Assembly: GCA_050239825.1 (NCBI GenBank)
Contig: JBFXGO010000004.1
Span: 9,075-73,074 of the forward strand
From: a bacterium
Lineage (GTDB): Bacteria > Hydrothermota > 32-111
Length of the DNA stretch: 64,000 nucleotides
Direction: 5' to 3'
Made by a program: the position numbers and the translations under genes. The notes beneath the pieces are model-generated. The model searched no databases and was not told the origin of the DNA. It was given only the letters and a program-made list of their open reading frames with translations. Shown piece by piece: positions 29,115-39,809 of this stretch (positions within the stretch are counted from its first letter, which is position 1; every line of letters starts with the position of its first letter).

Positions 29115-30791
29115 TTATTTTATCTGGTTAAGATAAAAGAAAAGTGCGTTTTTTGATGAGAAAATATCATCTGCTCTAAGAGAGACATTGCCGGTGGATG
29201 AGTAAAATTCCAGAGAGAGAAGGTCTCCCTTCTTCAGAGAAAGCACTCCCGCGCAGTTGAGGGTAGAGTATCCTTCAAAATTTTCCTGCAGAGTCACAAC
29301 CGAATTGAGTTTTTCCTCCTCTTTTTTGTTTTTAACAAGACGCAATGCCGCTTTGCATGAGGAATCAGGCGTTCCGATTTTCTTTACGGATGCCGTGTAT
29401 CCTGCATAGTAAATGCCGTCATAATTGACGGTAATCACTCCTGTCTTTTTATCCCAAGAAAAGAGTGAGTCTCCTCTGAATGTCTTTCTTTCAGAAAATA
29501 CAATTGATGTGAATTTGCCGTTTGAAAAAACATCCGAAGCTGTCCATTCGGCCGCTCCGGCAAAAGTGCTGATGCTACCCATCATAGAGAGAGTGTCCGG
29601 CTTCATTGACTTCCTCACTATGATGGAATTGGCGCTGTCTTCAAAAATCGAAAAATCGCTTATTTTATCTCCATCCGCAATTCCCCATCTGACAGGAGAG
29701 TTTGTACCTATATTGTACTTCATAAGAAGCGGAGACCCGGGAAAATTGAGGAATGATTTCATGAAGATATTCCCCTCTCCCATGATGTCATTCTTTGACA
29801 TTGACAGCCGCCCTCCGCTGAACTGAATTGAATCTCCGTTCTTCTCCCTTATAAATAGAGCGCCGTCTTTTGATATTTTTGCGTAACCCTCTCCTTCGAC
29901 AGTCAAATCCCCTTCAATGCGCCATGGAGTAGTTATTCCGCTGTTTTTCGCACTGCCTGAAAAATATATGGAATCTGTTTTGGTGCGCGTCTTGAAATCA
30001 CCAGCGAGAACCGTCTCGTCAGCTCTGAGAACCGAAACAGCCCTACCGTTCATAATGCTTATCTGATTCTGAACATTCAGGTATCCCGTGATATGAAGGT
30101 ATCTGATGAATGTAAAGTTATCCGCAAAGTACAATTCCCTTTTCTGTTCATTGCCGTAAATGATGAGCGTGTCTCCCCTCTTATTGTAGCAATTGGATAT
30201 TATGCCGTAAAAATTCTTGCCCACTCCCTTTCCCTGCGTCCAAACAAGATATCCTGTTGAAGGCCAGTTGAAATCCTCCGTAATCTCTGAAGCAAATATA
30301 TCGGAGAATGCGACATCCTTTGTCGATCTCATGCTCTCTATCATATTGTGAAAGAAACCCATGTATGCCATGTATCCGGTGTTTTCGAGCGACTTGAACG
30401 AGAGATTTTGCAGGGTAAGATAAATACTGTCGGCTTTGTTTATAAAGACTGTGTTTGAAAGGCTTGCATTGCAGGCGCTGTTGACTCCGCAAATGGAAAT
30501 AAACCTGAACGGAGTATCTATGTATACGGATTCTGCTTCAAGATTTCCGTAAATCAAAATGCTGATTGTGTCCAGCTTATTCTTTCTGCAATGGTCAAGA
30601 ACCTGATTTATAGATGAAAACTCGGCTCCCTGATAAGAGACATTGAATGATTTATAGTATCTGAAATCAATGCTGTCTTTAAGAAGTTCATAAAATTTCG
30701 GCATGTATGACTGCAGGTCCGGCTGAAACGATTGTGAAAACAAGAACAGCGAAACGACTGTTAAAATAATTACTAAAGCGCTTTTTTTCAT
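29115..30791 (-). CDS. Secreted protein with C-terminal C1q/BclA-like domain
   Basis: Signal peptide; GVITVNYDGIYYAGYTASV...LSLKKGDLLSL. Confidence 0.65.
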   Translation of the reverse strand: MKKSALVIILTVVSLFLFSQSFQPDLQSYMPKFYELLKDSIDFRYYKSFNVSYQGAEFSSINQVLDHCRKNKLDTISILIYGNLEAESVYIDTPFRFISICGVNSACNASLSNTVFINKADSIYLTLQNLSFKSLENTGYMAYMGFFHNMIESMRSTKDVAFSDIFASEITEDFNWPSTGYLVWTQGKGVGKNFYGIISNCYNKRGDTLIIYGNEQKRELYFADNFTFIRYLHITGYLNVQNQISIMNGRAVSVLRADETVLAGDFKTRTKTDSIYFSGSAKNSGITTPWRIEGDLTVEGEGYAKISKDGALFIREKNGDSIQFSGGRLSMSKNDIMGEGNIFMKSFLNFPGSPLLMKYNIGTNSPVRWGIADGDKISDFSIFEDSANSIIVRKSMKPDTLSMMGSISTFAGAAEWTASDVFSNGKFTSIVFSERKTFRGDSLFSWDKKTGVITVNYDGIYYAGYTASVKKIGTPDSSCKAALRLVKNKKEEEKLNSVVTLQENFEGYSTLNCAGVLSLKKGDLLSLEFYSSTGNVSLRADDIFSSKNALFFYLNQIK

Positions 30792-31885
30792 TTCTGCTCC
30801 ATTTTGGTTTGAATCCCGACTCTTAAAATAAATCCGATGGTGTCTATTGAAATTTCGTTTTCGGGAAAATCCGATTCACTTAGATTCTTCATTAAAAGAG
30901 CGGCGGAGTTCAATGTATCAATTTCTATACCGCTATTTCTAACCTGCTTGAATGAGTAGACTCTGCCGGTTTTAAATGAACCGTCGGAATTCAGCTCTAT
31001 ACTTAGAAGCGGAGCCAAACCGGTTACTCCGCTTATGTTTATTCCCGCGTATGTCAGAAAGTTACCCAGAGAGTATGCTATTATCCTGTCTTTATAAAGC
31101 TCTATTCCGCGCGGCACATGGGGTCCGTGTCCTATCACCGCATCAGCGCCGGCATCGATTGCTTCCCGGCAGAACCTGTATATATTGCCCCTCAGCTCTC
31201 CGTACATATACTCAACCTCGTCTTTTACATGACACGAATTTTTTCCCTCGCTGCCCCCGTGAAAAGTCACTATCACTATGTAATTTGAGTCGCTCAACTG
31301 CCTTATCATCTGCATGGGCTTCCCGGCATCAAGGATGCTGTTCATGCCTGAATAGGATGAAAATCCGATTACGGCAATCTTCATTGAGTCTTTTTCAAAG
31401 AAAGCGTTCTGTCCTGACAATCCGGTGTATTTGATGCCCAGAGAGTCAAGCACCCTCATTGTGGATTTCACTCCGCCTTCTCCAAAATCCCTAATATGAT
31501 TGTTTGCAATGTTCAGAACATTGAATCCCGCATTTTTAAGGTTGATTCCGAGTTTTTCAGGAGTCTTGAAAGCGTAGGTCTTGCCCTCAACTATTTTTTT
31601 TACGAGAACCCCTTCATCGCAGAGAGCGCATTCAAGATTGCCCATGACAATATCTCCCTCTTTTAAAAGACTCTCAGCCGGAGAGAAGAGGAATCTGCCA
31701 TTATCCTGCGGCAGGTTATCTGAAGGATATGTGTTTCCCATAACAATATCTCCCACTGCTGTGATAAGTATTGTTTTGGGTACTATCTCATTTTTTGCGG
31801 CTTCGGGGGTTTTTGACTGGGCCAAAATAATGGCCGCAGATGCAAGAGCCAGAAGAAACGCACAGATTAATATGATTCTTTTCAT
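30788..31885 (-). CDS. CapA (PGA_cap) family metallophosphatase-fold protein
   Basis: AVGDI, GNLE, ANNHIRDFG, FHGG, GHGPHV, YSLGNF. Confidence 0.92.
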   Translation of the reverse strand: MKRIILICAFLLALASAAIILAQSKTPEAAKNEIVPKTILITAVGDIVMGNTYPSDNLPQDNGRFLFSPAESLLKEGDIVMGNLECALCDEGVLVKKIVEGKTYAFKTPEKLGINLKNAGFNVLNIANNHIRDFGEGGVKSTMRVLDSLGIKYTGLSGQNAFFEKDSMKIAVIGFSSYSGMNSILDAGKPMQMIRQLSDSNYIVIVTFHGGSEGKNSCHVKDEVEYMYGELRGNIYRFCREAIDAGADAVIGHGPHVPRGIELYKDRIIAYSLGNFLTYAGINISGVTGLAPLLSIELNSDGSFKTGRVYSFKQVRNSGIEIDTLNSAALLMKNLSESDFPENEISIDTIGFILRVGIQTKMEQK

Positions 31886-31888
31886 GGC

Positions 31889-32371
31889 TTAAAGAGTCTT
31901 GAATTCCACTTCATCTTTCTTTACAAGGGCATATGACATCCTGAAATTCATAACAGATGACAAAGCTCCGGGATTGACTATCCGTTTGTTGTTTTTCTTT
32001 TTGTTCTCTCTCACATGGGTGTGGCCGTAAAAAATATATTTTGTCTTCGAATCCTCAATATACTCTTCAGTAAAGAAAGGTTCGTGCATTATCGCAATAT
32101 GGCCGAAATCTTCTACGAATATTTCATAGGGAGGATTTGAAAAATCAAAATCAATTGATTTCAGGAACGATGCTGAAGAAAGGTCTAAGACATCATTGTT
32201 TCCCTTCACCACATACTTTTCGCATTTTAATATTTTAAGAGGCTCCAGTATAGTAAAATCAGTCACATCTCCAAGGTGTATCAAAGCCAAAAGCTTGACA
32301 TTTTCATATTCTTTTGCAAGTCTTTTGATGCAATTCTCATTGTTATGCGTATCTGAAATGAGAAGTATCAA
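31889..32371 (-). CDS. YfcE/MJ0936-family metallophosphoesterase
   Basis: SDTH, HLGD, GNND, GHTH, NPG. Confidence 0.9.
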   Translation of the reverse strand: MILLISDTHNNENCIKRLAKEYENVKLLALIHLGDVTDFTILEPLKILKCEKYVVKGNNDVLDLSSASFLKSIDFDFSNPPYEIFVEDFGHIAIMHEPFFTEEYIEDSKTKYIFYGHTHVRENKKKNNKRIVNPGALSSVMNFRMSYALVKKDEVEFKTL

Positions 32372-33150
32372 AGCAAACTCCTTGCAATAGTGAATATGCC
32401 CAGTGCGGCGAGATAGTACGAAAAATAGTGAAATTTGTTTGATTTGAGAACTCTGTAGAGAAAGAGAACCGAAAAATATCCGAAAACAAATGCGCTCAAG
32501 AATCCGATGAGAATCGCAAAGTCGAATAGAGGCTTTGTGTCAAGAAGCTCTTTTAGAAATGCGCCGAGTATCAGCGGCATAGCCATAAAAAATGAAAAGT
32601 CGCATGCATCCTCCCTGTCAATTCCCAGCATTATCCCCGAGGAGATGGTAGTGCCTGAGCGTGAAATACCGGGAAATAGAGCAATAATCTGCGCTATTCC
32701 TATAAAAAGAGCAGACTTGAACTCTATTTTTTTGCTCTTATTGAAAAACTTCGTTGCAAAGAGCATGACTGCCGTAATCAAAAAAAATATTCCGACAAAC
32801 CTCATATCGGAAAATGTTTTTTCTATCAGCTCGTCAAAGATAAGTGCAAAAACAACTGCGGGAATGATGCCCGCAATGATATATCCTCCGTATCTGAGAT
32901 TCTTCTTCGGATTCTCTGATTTGTCTGAAATTTCGCGTATCATGCCTTTAATAAGAGAAATTATTTTTTTCCTCATGAAGAGCATAACTGCAAAAAGAGT
33001 TCCCAGATGCAGCACAACTTCAAAAAAGAGATTATCCGAAGGTATCTTCAAAATGCTGTTTGCCAGTGCAAGATGACCTGAAGAGGAGACAGGGAGAAAC
33101 TCTGTCAAACCCTGAATCGCTCCGAGGAATGCTGCTGTCAATGAATTCAT
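32368..33150 (-). CDS. uppP: Undecaprenyl-diphosphate phosphatase
   Basis: QGLTEFLPVSSSGHL, PGISRSG. Confidence 0.96.
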   Translation of the reverse strand: MNSLTAAFLGAIQGLTEFLPVSSSGHLALANSILKIPSDNLFFEVVLHLGTLFAVMLFMRKKIISLIKGMIREISDKSENPKKNLRYGGYIIAGIIPAVVFALIFDELIEKTFSDMRFVGIFFLITAVMLFATKFFNKSKKIEFKSALFIGIAQIIALFPGISRSGTTISSGIMLGIDREDACDFSFFMAMPLILGAFLKELLDTKPLFDFAILIGFLSAFVFGYFSVLFLYRVLKSNKFHYFSYYLAALGIFTIARSLL

Positions 33151-33998
33151 GCGGCTCCCATCATGATGGCGGTAAGACCGACAATCATGTCGTATTTTAT
33201 ATAATTGTTGACGAACCTCTTTGTTTTAATGTCGTCAAAGATGTAAAAAATTATAAGAAGCACTATAAGCACAATGTCCACTCCGAAAAAAGTTATGAAG
33301 AAGTACCATTTGTTGTATGTTCCGTTAAAGTAAGGTATGAATGTTATAACAATGAGAGAGAGAAAAACCACTGCGGCTATGAAGAATGATTTTGTCTTTC
33401 CGATTATTATAGGCATTGTCTTCATTCCCGCATACTCGTCTCCATCAACATCCTCAATGTCCTTCGTTATCTCTCTTCCGAGATTCATTAAGAAGGAGAA
33501 TATTGCCGGGAATATTCCCTTTGTAAAATCCCCGCCTGCCTCGGCTCCGAAAATGAAGAGTATCCCTGTAAGGAGAGATATGGTAAGGTTTCCTATGAAT
33601 GGAAGGCGTTTGAATGACCAAGAGTAAAGAAAGAGCAGCACTGCGGATATAAGGGCGATTACAAATCCGATTTTTGATATGAATGCGGAGATTACTATGC
33701 CTGAAATTAAAAAGACAAATACAAGGACGAACATGTGCCTGAGGTTGAAATCCATTGCTATAAGCGGACGGGATGGCTTGTTGATCTTGTCAGTCTCTAT
33801 GTCAAACAGGTCATTCACAATGTTGCCTCCGGCAAAGACCAAAAAAACTGTCACTACCGAGAGTGTGAGTTTGATATAATCAGGATCCCTCGTTGCTATG
33901 AACGCGGAAATTATAACCGAAAGCACCCCCATCAGGCAGTTGTTGAGCCTGATGAGGTACATAAAACCTATGAATTTACTGTTTTGGCTTTGCTTCAT
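33147..33998 (-). CDS. UbiA prenyltransferase, DGGGP-synthase-like subfamily
   Basis: LIRLNN, NDLFDIETDKINKPSRP, GREITKDIEDVDGD. Confidence 0.85.
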   Translation of the reverse strand: MKQSQNSKFIGFMYLIRLNNCLMGVLSVIISAFIATRDPDYIKLTLSVVTVFLVFAGGNIVNDLFDIETDKINKPSRPLIAMDFNLRHMFVLVFVFLISGIVISAFISKIGFVIALISAVLLFLYSWSFKRLPFIGNLTISLLTGILFIFGAEAGGDFTKGIFPAIFSFLMNLGREITKDIEDVDGDEYAGMKTMPIIIGKTKSFFIAAVVFLSLIVITFIPYFNGTYNKWYFFITFFGVDIVLIVLLIIFYIFDDIKTKRFVNNYIKYDMIVGLTAIMMGAA

Positions 33999-34890
33999 CC
34001 TTGAAAATCTCTTTGATTGATCCTAATGACGAAAGTATTCCTGTTGCTTCAAAGGGAAGGAAAATCTTTGTCGCATTTCCATTGGCCATCTTCTCAAGAG
34101 CTTCAAGATACTTTATAGCAATGACATCCTCTGTCGCCTTTCCCTGATGAATTGCTTCAAAGACAGTCTTTATGGCGCGCGCCTGGCCATCAGCTATCAG
34201 GATAGCCGACTGCTGTTCACCCTCCGCTTTCCTTATTGCATACTCCTTCTCTCCTTCGGCTTTCAGTATATTTGATTGTTTGTCTCCCTCTGCAAGAAGT
34301 ATGACCGAACGCTTCTCTCTCTCTGCTTTCATCTGTTTTGTCATCGCTTCCTGAATTTCGTCGGGAGGATTTATGTTCTTTAGTTCAACTCTGTTGACCT
34401 TGACTCCCCACTTGTCTGTGGCTTCATCAAGTATCTTCTGAAGTTCGCTGTTTATCTTTGTTCTTGATACGAGTGTTTCGTCAAGAGTCAAATCTCCTAT
34501 CACATTTCTGAGAGTCGTTATGGTAAGCTTCTCTATCGCCATGACAAGATTGCTAATCTCATAGACTGCCTTATAAGGGTCGTTTATCTGATAGTAGATA
34601 ACTGAATCGATGAGCATTGTGACATTGTCCTTTGTTATCACCGGCTGGGGATTAAAATCAAGCACCTGCTCTCTCAAATCTATTCTTACCACATATTTGT
34701 GTCCGAATATCACAGCCCTCAAGGAATCAATTATCGGCCATACTATGTGAATGCCTGATGAAATTGTTTTGTGATATTTTCCCAGTCTTTCAACTATAGC
34801 CACCTCTGCCTGTCTGATTATTATTATGCCCTTTAAGGCAAAGATCAGAACGGCAACAACTACGAGAATTAAAAATATCGACATATTCAC
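33976..34890 (-). CDS. SPFH/stomatin-like (QmcA-like) membrane protein
   Basis: VERLGKY, VITKDNV, WGVKVNRVEL, QMKAERE. Confidence 0.93.
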   Translation of the reverse strand: MNMSIFLILVVVAVLIFALKGIIIIRQAEVAIVERLGKYHKTISSGIHIVWPIIDSLRAVIFGHKYVVRIDLREQVLDFNPQPVITKDNVTMLIDSVIYYQINDPYKAVYEISNLVMAIEKLTITTLRNVIGDLTLDETLVSRTKINSELQKILDEATDKWGVKVNRVELKNINPPDEIQEAMTKQMKAEREKRSVILLAEGDKQSNILKAEGEKEYAIRKAEGEQQSAILIADGQARAIKTVFEAIHQGKATEDVIAIKYLEALEKMANGNATKIFLPFEATGILSSLGSIKEIFKDEAKPKQ

Positions 34891-36314
34891 TCCTTTGTGA
34901 AGACTTTTTTTCCTCTTTTGAATGTCATGACTATCCGGGGATTCTTAGCTGGAATTTTTTCAATCGGAGAGTCAAAGACTGTCATATCCGCAAAGTATCC
35001 TTTTTCAAGCTTTCCAAAATTTTTCCCTTCATTCATTATTTCTGCGCTTCCCTCAGTATAGCACTTAAGAGATATGGAAGGTTTCATTCTCTGATTTTCA
35101 AATTGAGCCTTTGCGAGAGATTCAATGCCGTATACAGGCGAAGGGGGCATGCAATCGGAGCCGAATCCGAGAGGAATTGATTTTTCATATATTTCAGAGA
35201 CGACATTGTTGAATTCATAATATTTCTTATCCAGCCTCTCTTCATACATCTGTCCCTTCATAGCCCAGTTGCCTATAAAATTGGGTTGCATAGAGAGCAT
35301 CAGGGATTGTTTTCTGACTCTGTCAATCTGTTCTCGCGCCGCAAGTTCAAAATGCTCTATCCTGTCATTCTTTCTACCTACAAGATTTTTCAAAGAATAC
35401 TCTATCGCCTCATCCCCTATCGCGTGAACTGCAAGCTGGTAGCTGTTCTTTTCCGCAGTTGCAAAAGCTTTTCTGAAATCTGTTCTTTTGAGAACGATCT
35501 CTCCCTTCTCTTTTGTATTTTTGTAAGGAATAGTCAAGGCGGCCGTGCGTCCGCCGATTGACCCGTCAGTGAAAAGTTTGAGCCCTTTCAGTTTGACATT
35601 TTTTCTATCTTTCCACCCCTGAAGATTCTCCGCCAACATTGCGGGATAGTAGAAGAAAACATCAAGCTTTAGGTTTCGGGAATCGTAAATATCAAAAGAA
35701 TCATATGTCGCCATATCTCCTATTGAAGTTATGCCGAGAGAGAAAAACATGTTCTGAGCTTCCGACAGAGCTCTTTGCATATCCGCCTTTGCCGGTTTGA
35801 GCACAGTGTTCAGAGAGAGAACAATCCCCTCCCGAGCTATTCCGCTCCTATTGTCAAAATTGCCATTAAGCTGATTTTTAAGGAGTCTGACTGCCTCTTC
35901 ATTGAGCACCGCAATATGACCACAGACTCTTCTTACAATTACCGGTTTTTTCAAATTCATTGCATCAAGCATCGCCTTTGAAGGAAATTTGTTTTTTTTG
36001 AATTTTGTTTCGTCAAACCCCTCTGCAATAATATACTCTGAGTTTAAATTTTCACGCGCATACTTCTCAATTCGCAGATATATTTCCTCTTCGGATTTCA
36101 CTCCTGAGAGATTGCACCGTATAAGATTCAGTCCGTACCAGAGAAGATGAGTATGCGCATCAATAAACCCGGGGTAAATATATTTGTCTGAAAGGTCTAT
36201 TGTCTCGATATTCTTTTCCGAAGAATCTTTGATAAAAGCGATTCTCTCCCTCTCTATTCCTATGAAGCGGAAAAATCTGCCGCCTGAGAGAACATTTGCT
36301 TTTATCTGATACAT
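34887..36314 (-). CDS. Amidohydrolase-3 (YtcJ-like)
   Basis: PGFIDAHTH, KLFTDGS, HAIGD, RIEH, GSD. Confidence 0.9.
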   Translation of the reverse strand: MYQIKANVLSGGRFFRFIGIERERIAFIKDSSEKNIETIDLSDKYIYPGFIDAHTHLLWYGLNLIRCNLSGVKSEEEIYLRIEKYARENLNSEYIIAEGFDETKFKKNKFPSKAMLDAMNLKKPVIVRRVCGHIAVLNEEAVRLLKNQLNGNFDNRSGIAREGIVLSLNTVLKPAKADMQRALSEAQNMFFSLGITSIGDMATYDSFDIYDSRNLKLDVFFYYPAMLAENLQGWKDRKNVKLKGLKLFTDGSIGGRTAALTIPYKNTKEKGEIVLKRTDFRKAFATAEKNSYQLAVHAIGDEAIEYSLKNLVGRKNDRIEHFELAAREQIDRVRKQSLMLSMQPNFIGNWAMKGQMYEERLDKKYYEFNNVVSEIYEKSIPLGFGSDCMPPSPVYGIESLAKAQFENQRMKPSISLKCYTEGSAEIMNEGKNFGKLEKGYFADMTVFDSPIEKIPAKNPRIVMTFKRGKKVFTKE

Positions 36315-38053
36315 CAGCTTCCAATATCCAAGAACGGCTTCAGAATCTCCGCCCTGTTCTTGTGACCCAGTTTTTCAAGAGCCTTTGCCTCTATCTGCCT
36401 GACTCTTTCTCTTGTGACATCCAGTATTTCGCCCACCTCTTCAAGGGTGCGCGGATAGCCGTCCTGCAGGCCGAACCTGAGCTTTAGAACAGTCTGCTGT
36501 CTCGGAGTCAGATCGGACAGAACCATATCAAGCCTCTCCCTGAGCATGGAAAGCATCGCATGGTACTGCGGAGATTTTTGATCCACATCTTCTATGAAGT
36601 CGCAGAATATTGATTCATCGCTGTCACCTATGGGTTTGTCGAGTGATATGGTTTCCTGAGCAATTTTGTAAACGCTCTTTATTTTATCAAGTGGTATATT
36701 GAGCCTCTCTGCGACATCCTCTTCTGTCGGTTCTCTTCCAAATTCCTGCATGAGAGCCCTGGTGGCTTTAACCACCTTATGCATCACCTCTATCATGTGG
36801 ACAGGCACTCTTATTGTGCGCGCCTGGTCGGCTATTGCTCTTGTTATTGACTGTCTTATCCACCATGTCGCGTAAGTTGAAAATTTGTAGCCCTTCTGAT
36901 AATCGAATTTTTCCACTGCCTTCATCAGACCGGCATTTCCCTCCTGTATAAGGTCCATGAATTCAAGGCCCCTGTTTGTATATCTCTTCGCTATTGAAAT
37001 CACAAGCCTCACATTTGCGCGAATCATCTTTTGTTTTGCGTCATTTAAAGTGACCTCGAATTTTGTGAGGTTCTTTATTATTTCATCGAATTTCTCATTG
37101 TCACAACCTATCTCAGATTCCATCTTTTTTATGCATGATTGAATGTACTCTATCTCTCTTTTTACATTTATGAAATCCTCTCTCTTGATGTTTCTCTTCT
37201 TGTATTTGATAGGCACATTTCCCTTTGCATCGCAAATACGCATTATATCATTTATAGATGTGTCGAATCTTTTTTCTATGAGTTTGAATTTTTGGTTTTG
37301 CATGCACAGATCTTTGTGCAGAATTTTGTAGGATTTTATCATGTCATTGAGCTGCACCGAATTCACCTGCATCTCTTGAACCTTATCAATAAGATTGGAG
37401 TAGATTTTTTCCATCTTTTTGTCGCGTTTTTCTCTTTCGGATTTCTTCAGTCGTGAGTAGCCCACCTTTTCTTCCTTTATTTTCTGAATGTCTTTCTTAA
37501 TGTCGTCAAAGAGTTTTTTTAGCTTCTGATATTTTTTCTTCTGCGAAAGTTCGTTTGATATATTCGGATCCTCTATGTGAAAGTACTGGTCAATCGACTC
37601 CTCTTCATCTATGACTTTGTCGTAGAATTCCTGCACTCTGTCAAATGTCTTGTCAATCATGAACAGATTTGAGATTATGCCTCTTCGTCCCTCTTCCATA
37701 ACTCTCGATATAGTCACTTCCATATCCTTTGAGAGCAGTTCAATGGATTTCATCTCTTGCAGATACATTCTGACGGGGTCATCATACTTTATCCTTTCAT
37801 AGAGGTCGGATTTCTTTTCCGCCTCTATTCTGTGAGTGGGCTCAGGCATCTGCTTCTCATTGTCATCTTCTATCAGCGCTATGCCCATCGTCTGCAGACG
37901 CGTTATGAGGCTGTCAATTTCATCAACCTCAAAATCTTCTGGCAGGAGGCTGTTGAGCTTGTGATACGGCAATTCTCCATTCACCACAGCTTTTTTAATG
38001 ATAGTGTTGATTATATTTTCAATATCGCCTGTCTTCTTGGCATCAAGAGCCAT
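36314..38053 (-). CDS. rpoD: Primary sigma factor RpoD
   Basis: Region 1.1, [35 protein letters not shown]; follows dnaG. Confidence 0.97.
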   Translation of the reverse strand: MALDAKKTGDIENIINTIIKKAVVNGELPYHKLNSLLPEDFEVDEIDSLITRLQTMGIALIEDDNEKQMPEPTHRIEAEKKSDLYERIKYDDPVRMYLQEMKSIELLSKDMEVTISRVMEEGRRGIISNLFMIDKTFDRVQEFYDKVIDEEESIDQYFHIEDPNISNELSQKKKYQKLKKLFDDIKKDIQKIKEEKVGYSRLKKSEREKRDKKMEKIYSNLIDKVQEMQVNSVQLNDMIKSYKILHKDLCMQNQKFKLIEKRFDTSINDIMRICDAKGNVPIKYKKRNIKREDFINVKREIEYIQSCIKKMESEIGCDNEKFDEIIKNLTKFEVTLNDAKQKMIRANVRLVISIAKRYTNRGLEFMDLIQEGNAGLMKAVEKFDYQKGYKFSTYATWWIRQSITRAIADQARTIRVPVHMIEVMHKVVKATRALMQEFGREPTEEDVAERLNIPLDKIKSVYKIAQETISLDKPIGDSDESIFCDFIEDVDQKSPQYHAMLSMLRERLDMVLSDLTPRQQTVLKLRFGLQDGYPRTLEEVGEILDVTRERVRQIEAKALEKLGHKNRAEILKPFLDIGS

Positions 38054-38054
38054 T

Positions 38055-39761
38055 TTACCTCCCTCCTTTTATTTTCTTGACCATCAGAACTCTCATGTGC
38101 ATCAGTCTGTCCTTTTCCTCTTCATCAGAGGCATTCTTTATTTTTATGTCAATCTCTTCAATGCGCTTCAAAATTCTTTTCTCTTTTACTATTCCGAGAA
38201 TCTCGTTTATTTTCTTCTCATCCGGTTTATGCTCAAGATAATAGGTCATCCTTTTGATTATATAATCTTTCAAATATTTTATTTTATCATTTTTAATGAA
38301 TAAGTCAATATTCTCATCCCTTGTGTCCAAGGAATTGCAGATAGAGATGAATGTTCCTTTCAGTGGCAAATCCAAAAAATCAGTCTCCTCAACTTCAAAA
38401 CAGAGCTTTTTACAAAGCCCCCTATCAGAGAGCATTATTGCTATGATTTCATGATATATATTTGGTTTTTCCGCATCTTTTTCCTCTTTGACTGACTGCT
38501 CGGATTTCACTCCGGGTTTCAGAAATTTTTCTGAAATCCTGAGTCGCTCCACGACTCCCTTTGTATAGAGATTCCTTGTAACATCATCTTCAATATTTTT
38601 AACCGCATCAATTACAAAATTTACAAAGTGCTTCTTTGAGAGCATCTCATCCTCTTCCTTCTCCTTAAAATACTCCTCTGCGAACCAAATAAAATCTTTT
38701 CTTCCACTCTCAATATGCGCGAAATCGATTTTATCGCCCAGCTTTTTTACAAGCTCATCCGGGTCCTTCACGGTTTTGTCCGAGAAGACGCTCACAATCA
38801 GACCCTCCTTAAGCAGTATTGGAATAGACCTCATTGTTGCATTCCTTCCGGCTTCGTCCGTGTCATACATTAAAATGACCTTTTCGCACGCTTTTTTGAT
38901 GATCTTTGCCTGTTCAGCAGTGCAAGCAGTTCCAAGCTGAGCCGCCGCATTCCTCACTCCTGCTCTGAAGAGAGAGATAAAATCCATGTATCCTTCAACA
39001 AGAATCATTGAATTTTTCTGCGATACCGCCTGTCTGCTCAGATGGAGCCCATACAAAAAATTACCTTTTTTAAAGACCGGAGTCTCCTGAGTATTGAGAT
39101 ATTTCGGATTATCATCTTTGAGAACCCTGCCGCCGAATCCTATGACATTTCCGGAGTTTGAGAAAATTGGAAACATGATTCTGTTGAAGAAGACATCCCT
39201 CATGTTTCCATACTGGTCTTTGTGGATGAGGCCGGCTTTGACAAAATCATCGTACTTAAATCTTTTTTCTTTAAGGTGGTTTATAAGAGAATTTGAACTG
39301 TCGGAGAAGCCAAGCTTGAATGTTTCTATTTCCGGAAGGTCAAGCATCCTCTGCTTCAGGTAATCTCTTGCCTGTGAATTATCCATGAGTGATTTTTTAT
39401 AATGATTCATCGCTATCTCATTCGCCTCATATATTGTGCTTGTCACACCCCTCTCGCCCGACCTTTTATACTGGGAAAGGTCTATGCCTGATTTTTTTGC
39501 CAATATCTCGATTGCGTCATTGAAATCTACATGTTCAATCTCCATGATGAATGAGATTACATCTCCGCTCTTCGAACAGCCGAAGCAGTGATAGAAACCC
39601 TTTGTTGAGTTGACTATGAAAGAGGGCGTCTTCTCCGAATGGAATGGACATAACCCTTTGAGCGAACTTCCCGACCTCTTAAGAGAAACATATTCAGATA
39701 CAATGTTCTCTATCGGATTGGATTCTTTTATTTTGAATACGAGGTCTTCAAGATTGAACAT
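38055..39761 (-). CDS. dnaG: DNA primase
   Basis: [33 protein letters not shown]. Confidence 0.97.
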   Translation of the reverse strand: MFNLEDLVFKIKESNPIENIVSEYVSLKRSGSSLKGLCPFHSEKTPSFIVNSTKGFYHCFGCSKSGDVISFIMEIEHVDFNDAIEILAKKSGIDLSQYKRSGERGVTSTIYEANEIAMNHYKKSLMDNSQARDYLKQRMLDLPEIETFKLGFSDSSNSLINHLKEKRFKYDDFVKAGLIHKDQYGNMRDVFFNRIMFPIFSNSGNVIGFGGRVLKDDNPKYLNTQETPVFKKGNFLYGLHLSRQAVSQKNSMILVEGYMDFISLFRAGVRNAAAQLGTACTAEQAKIIKKACEKVILMYDTDEAGRNATMRSIPILLKEGLIVSVFSDKTVKDPDELVKKLGDKIDFAHIESGRKDFIWFAEEYFKEKEEDEMLSKKHFVNFVIDAVKNIEDDVTRNLYTKGVVERLRISEKFLKPGVKSEQSVKEEKDAEKPNIYHEIIAIMLSDRGLCKKLCFEVEETDFLDLPLKGTFISICNSLDTRDENIDLFIKNDKIKYLKDYIIKRMTYYLEHKPDEKKINEILGIVKEKRILKRIEEIDIKIKNASDEEEKDRLMHMRVLMVKKIKGGR

Positions 39762-39795
39762 TGGTATAATATAATATATATAAAGTTTTTTTCAA
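39762..39795 (-). promoter_or_regulatory. Sigma70-type promoter of dnaG-rpoD, probably leaderless
   Basis: TTGAAA-N16-TATATT-N6-ATG, no SD. Confidence 0.45.
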
Positions 39796-39809
39796 GTCTT
39801 TTGTTTGAA

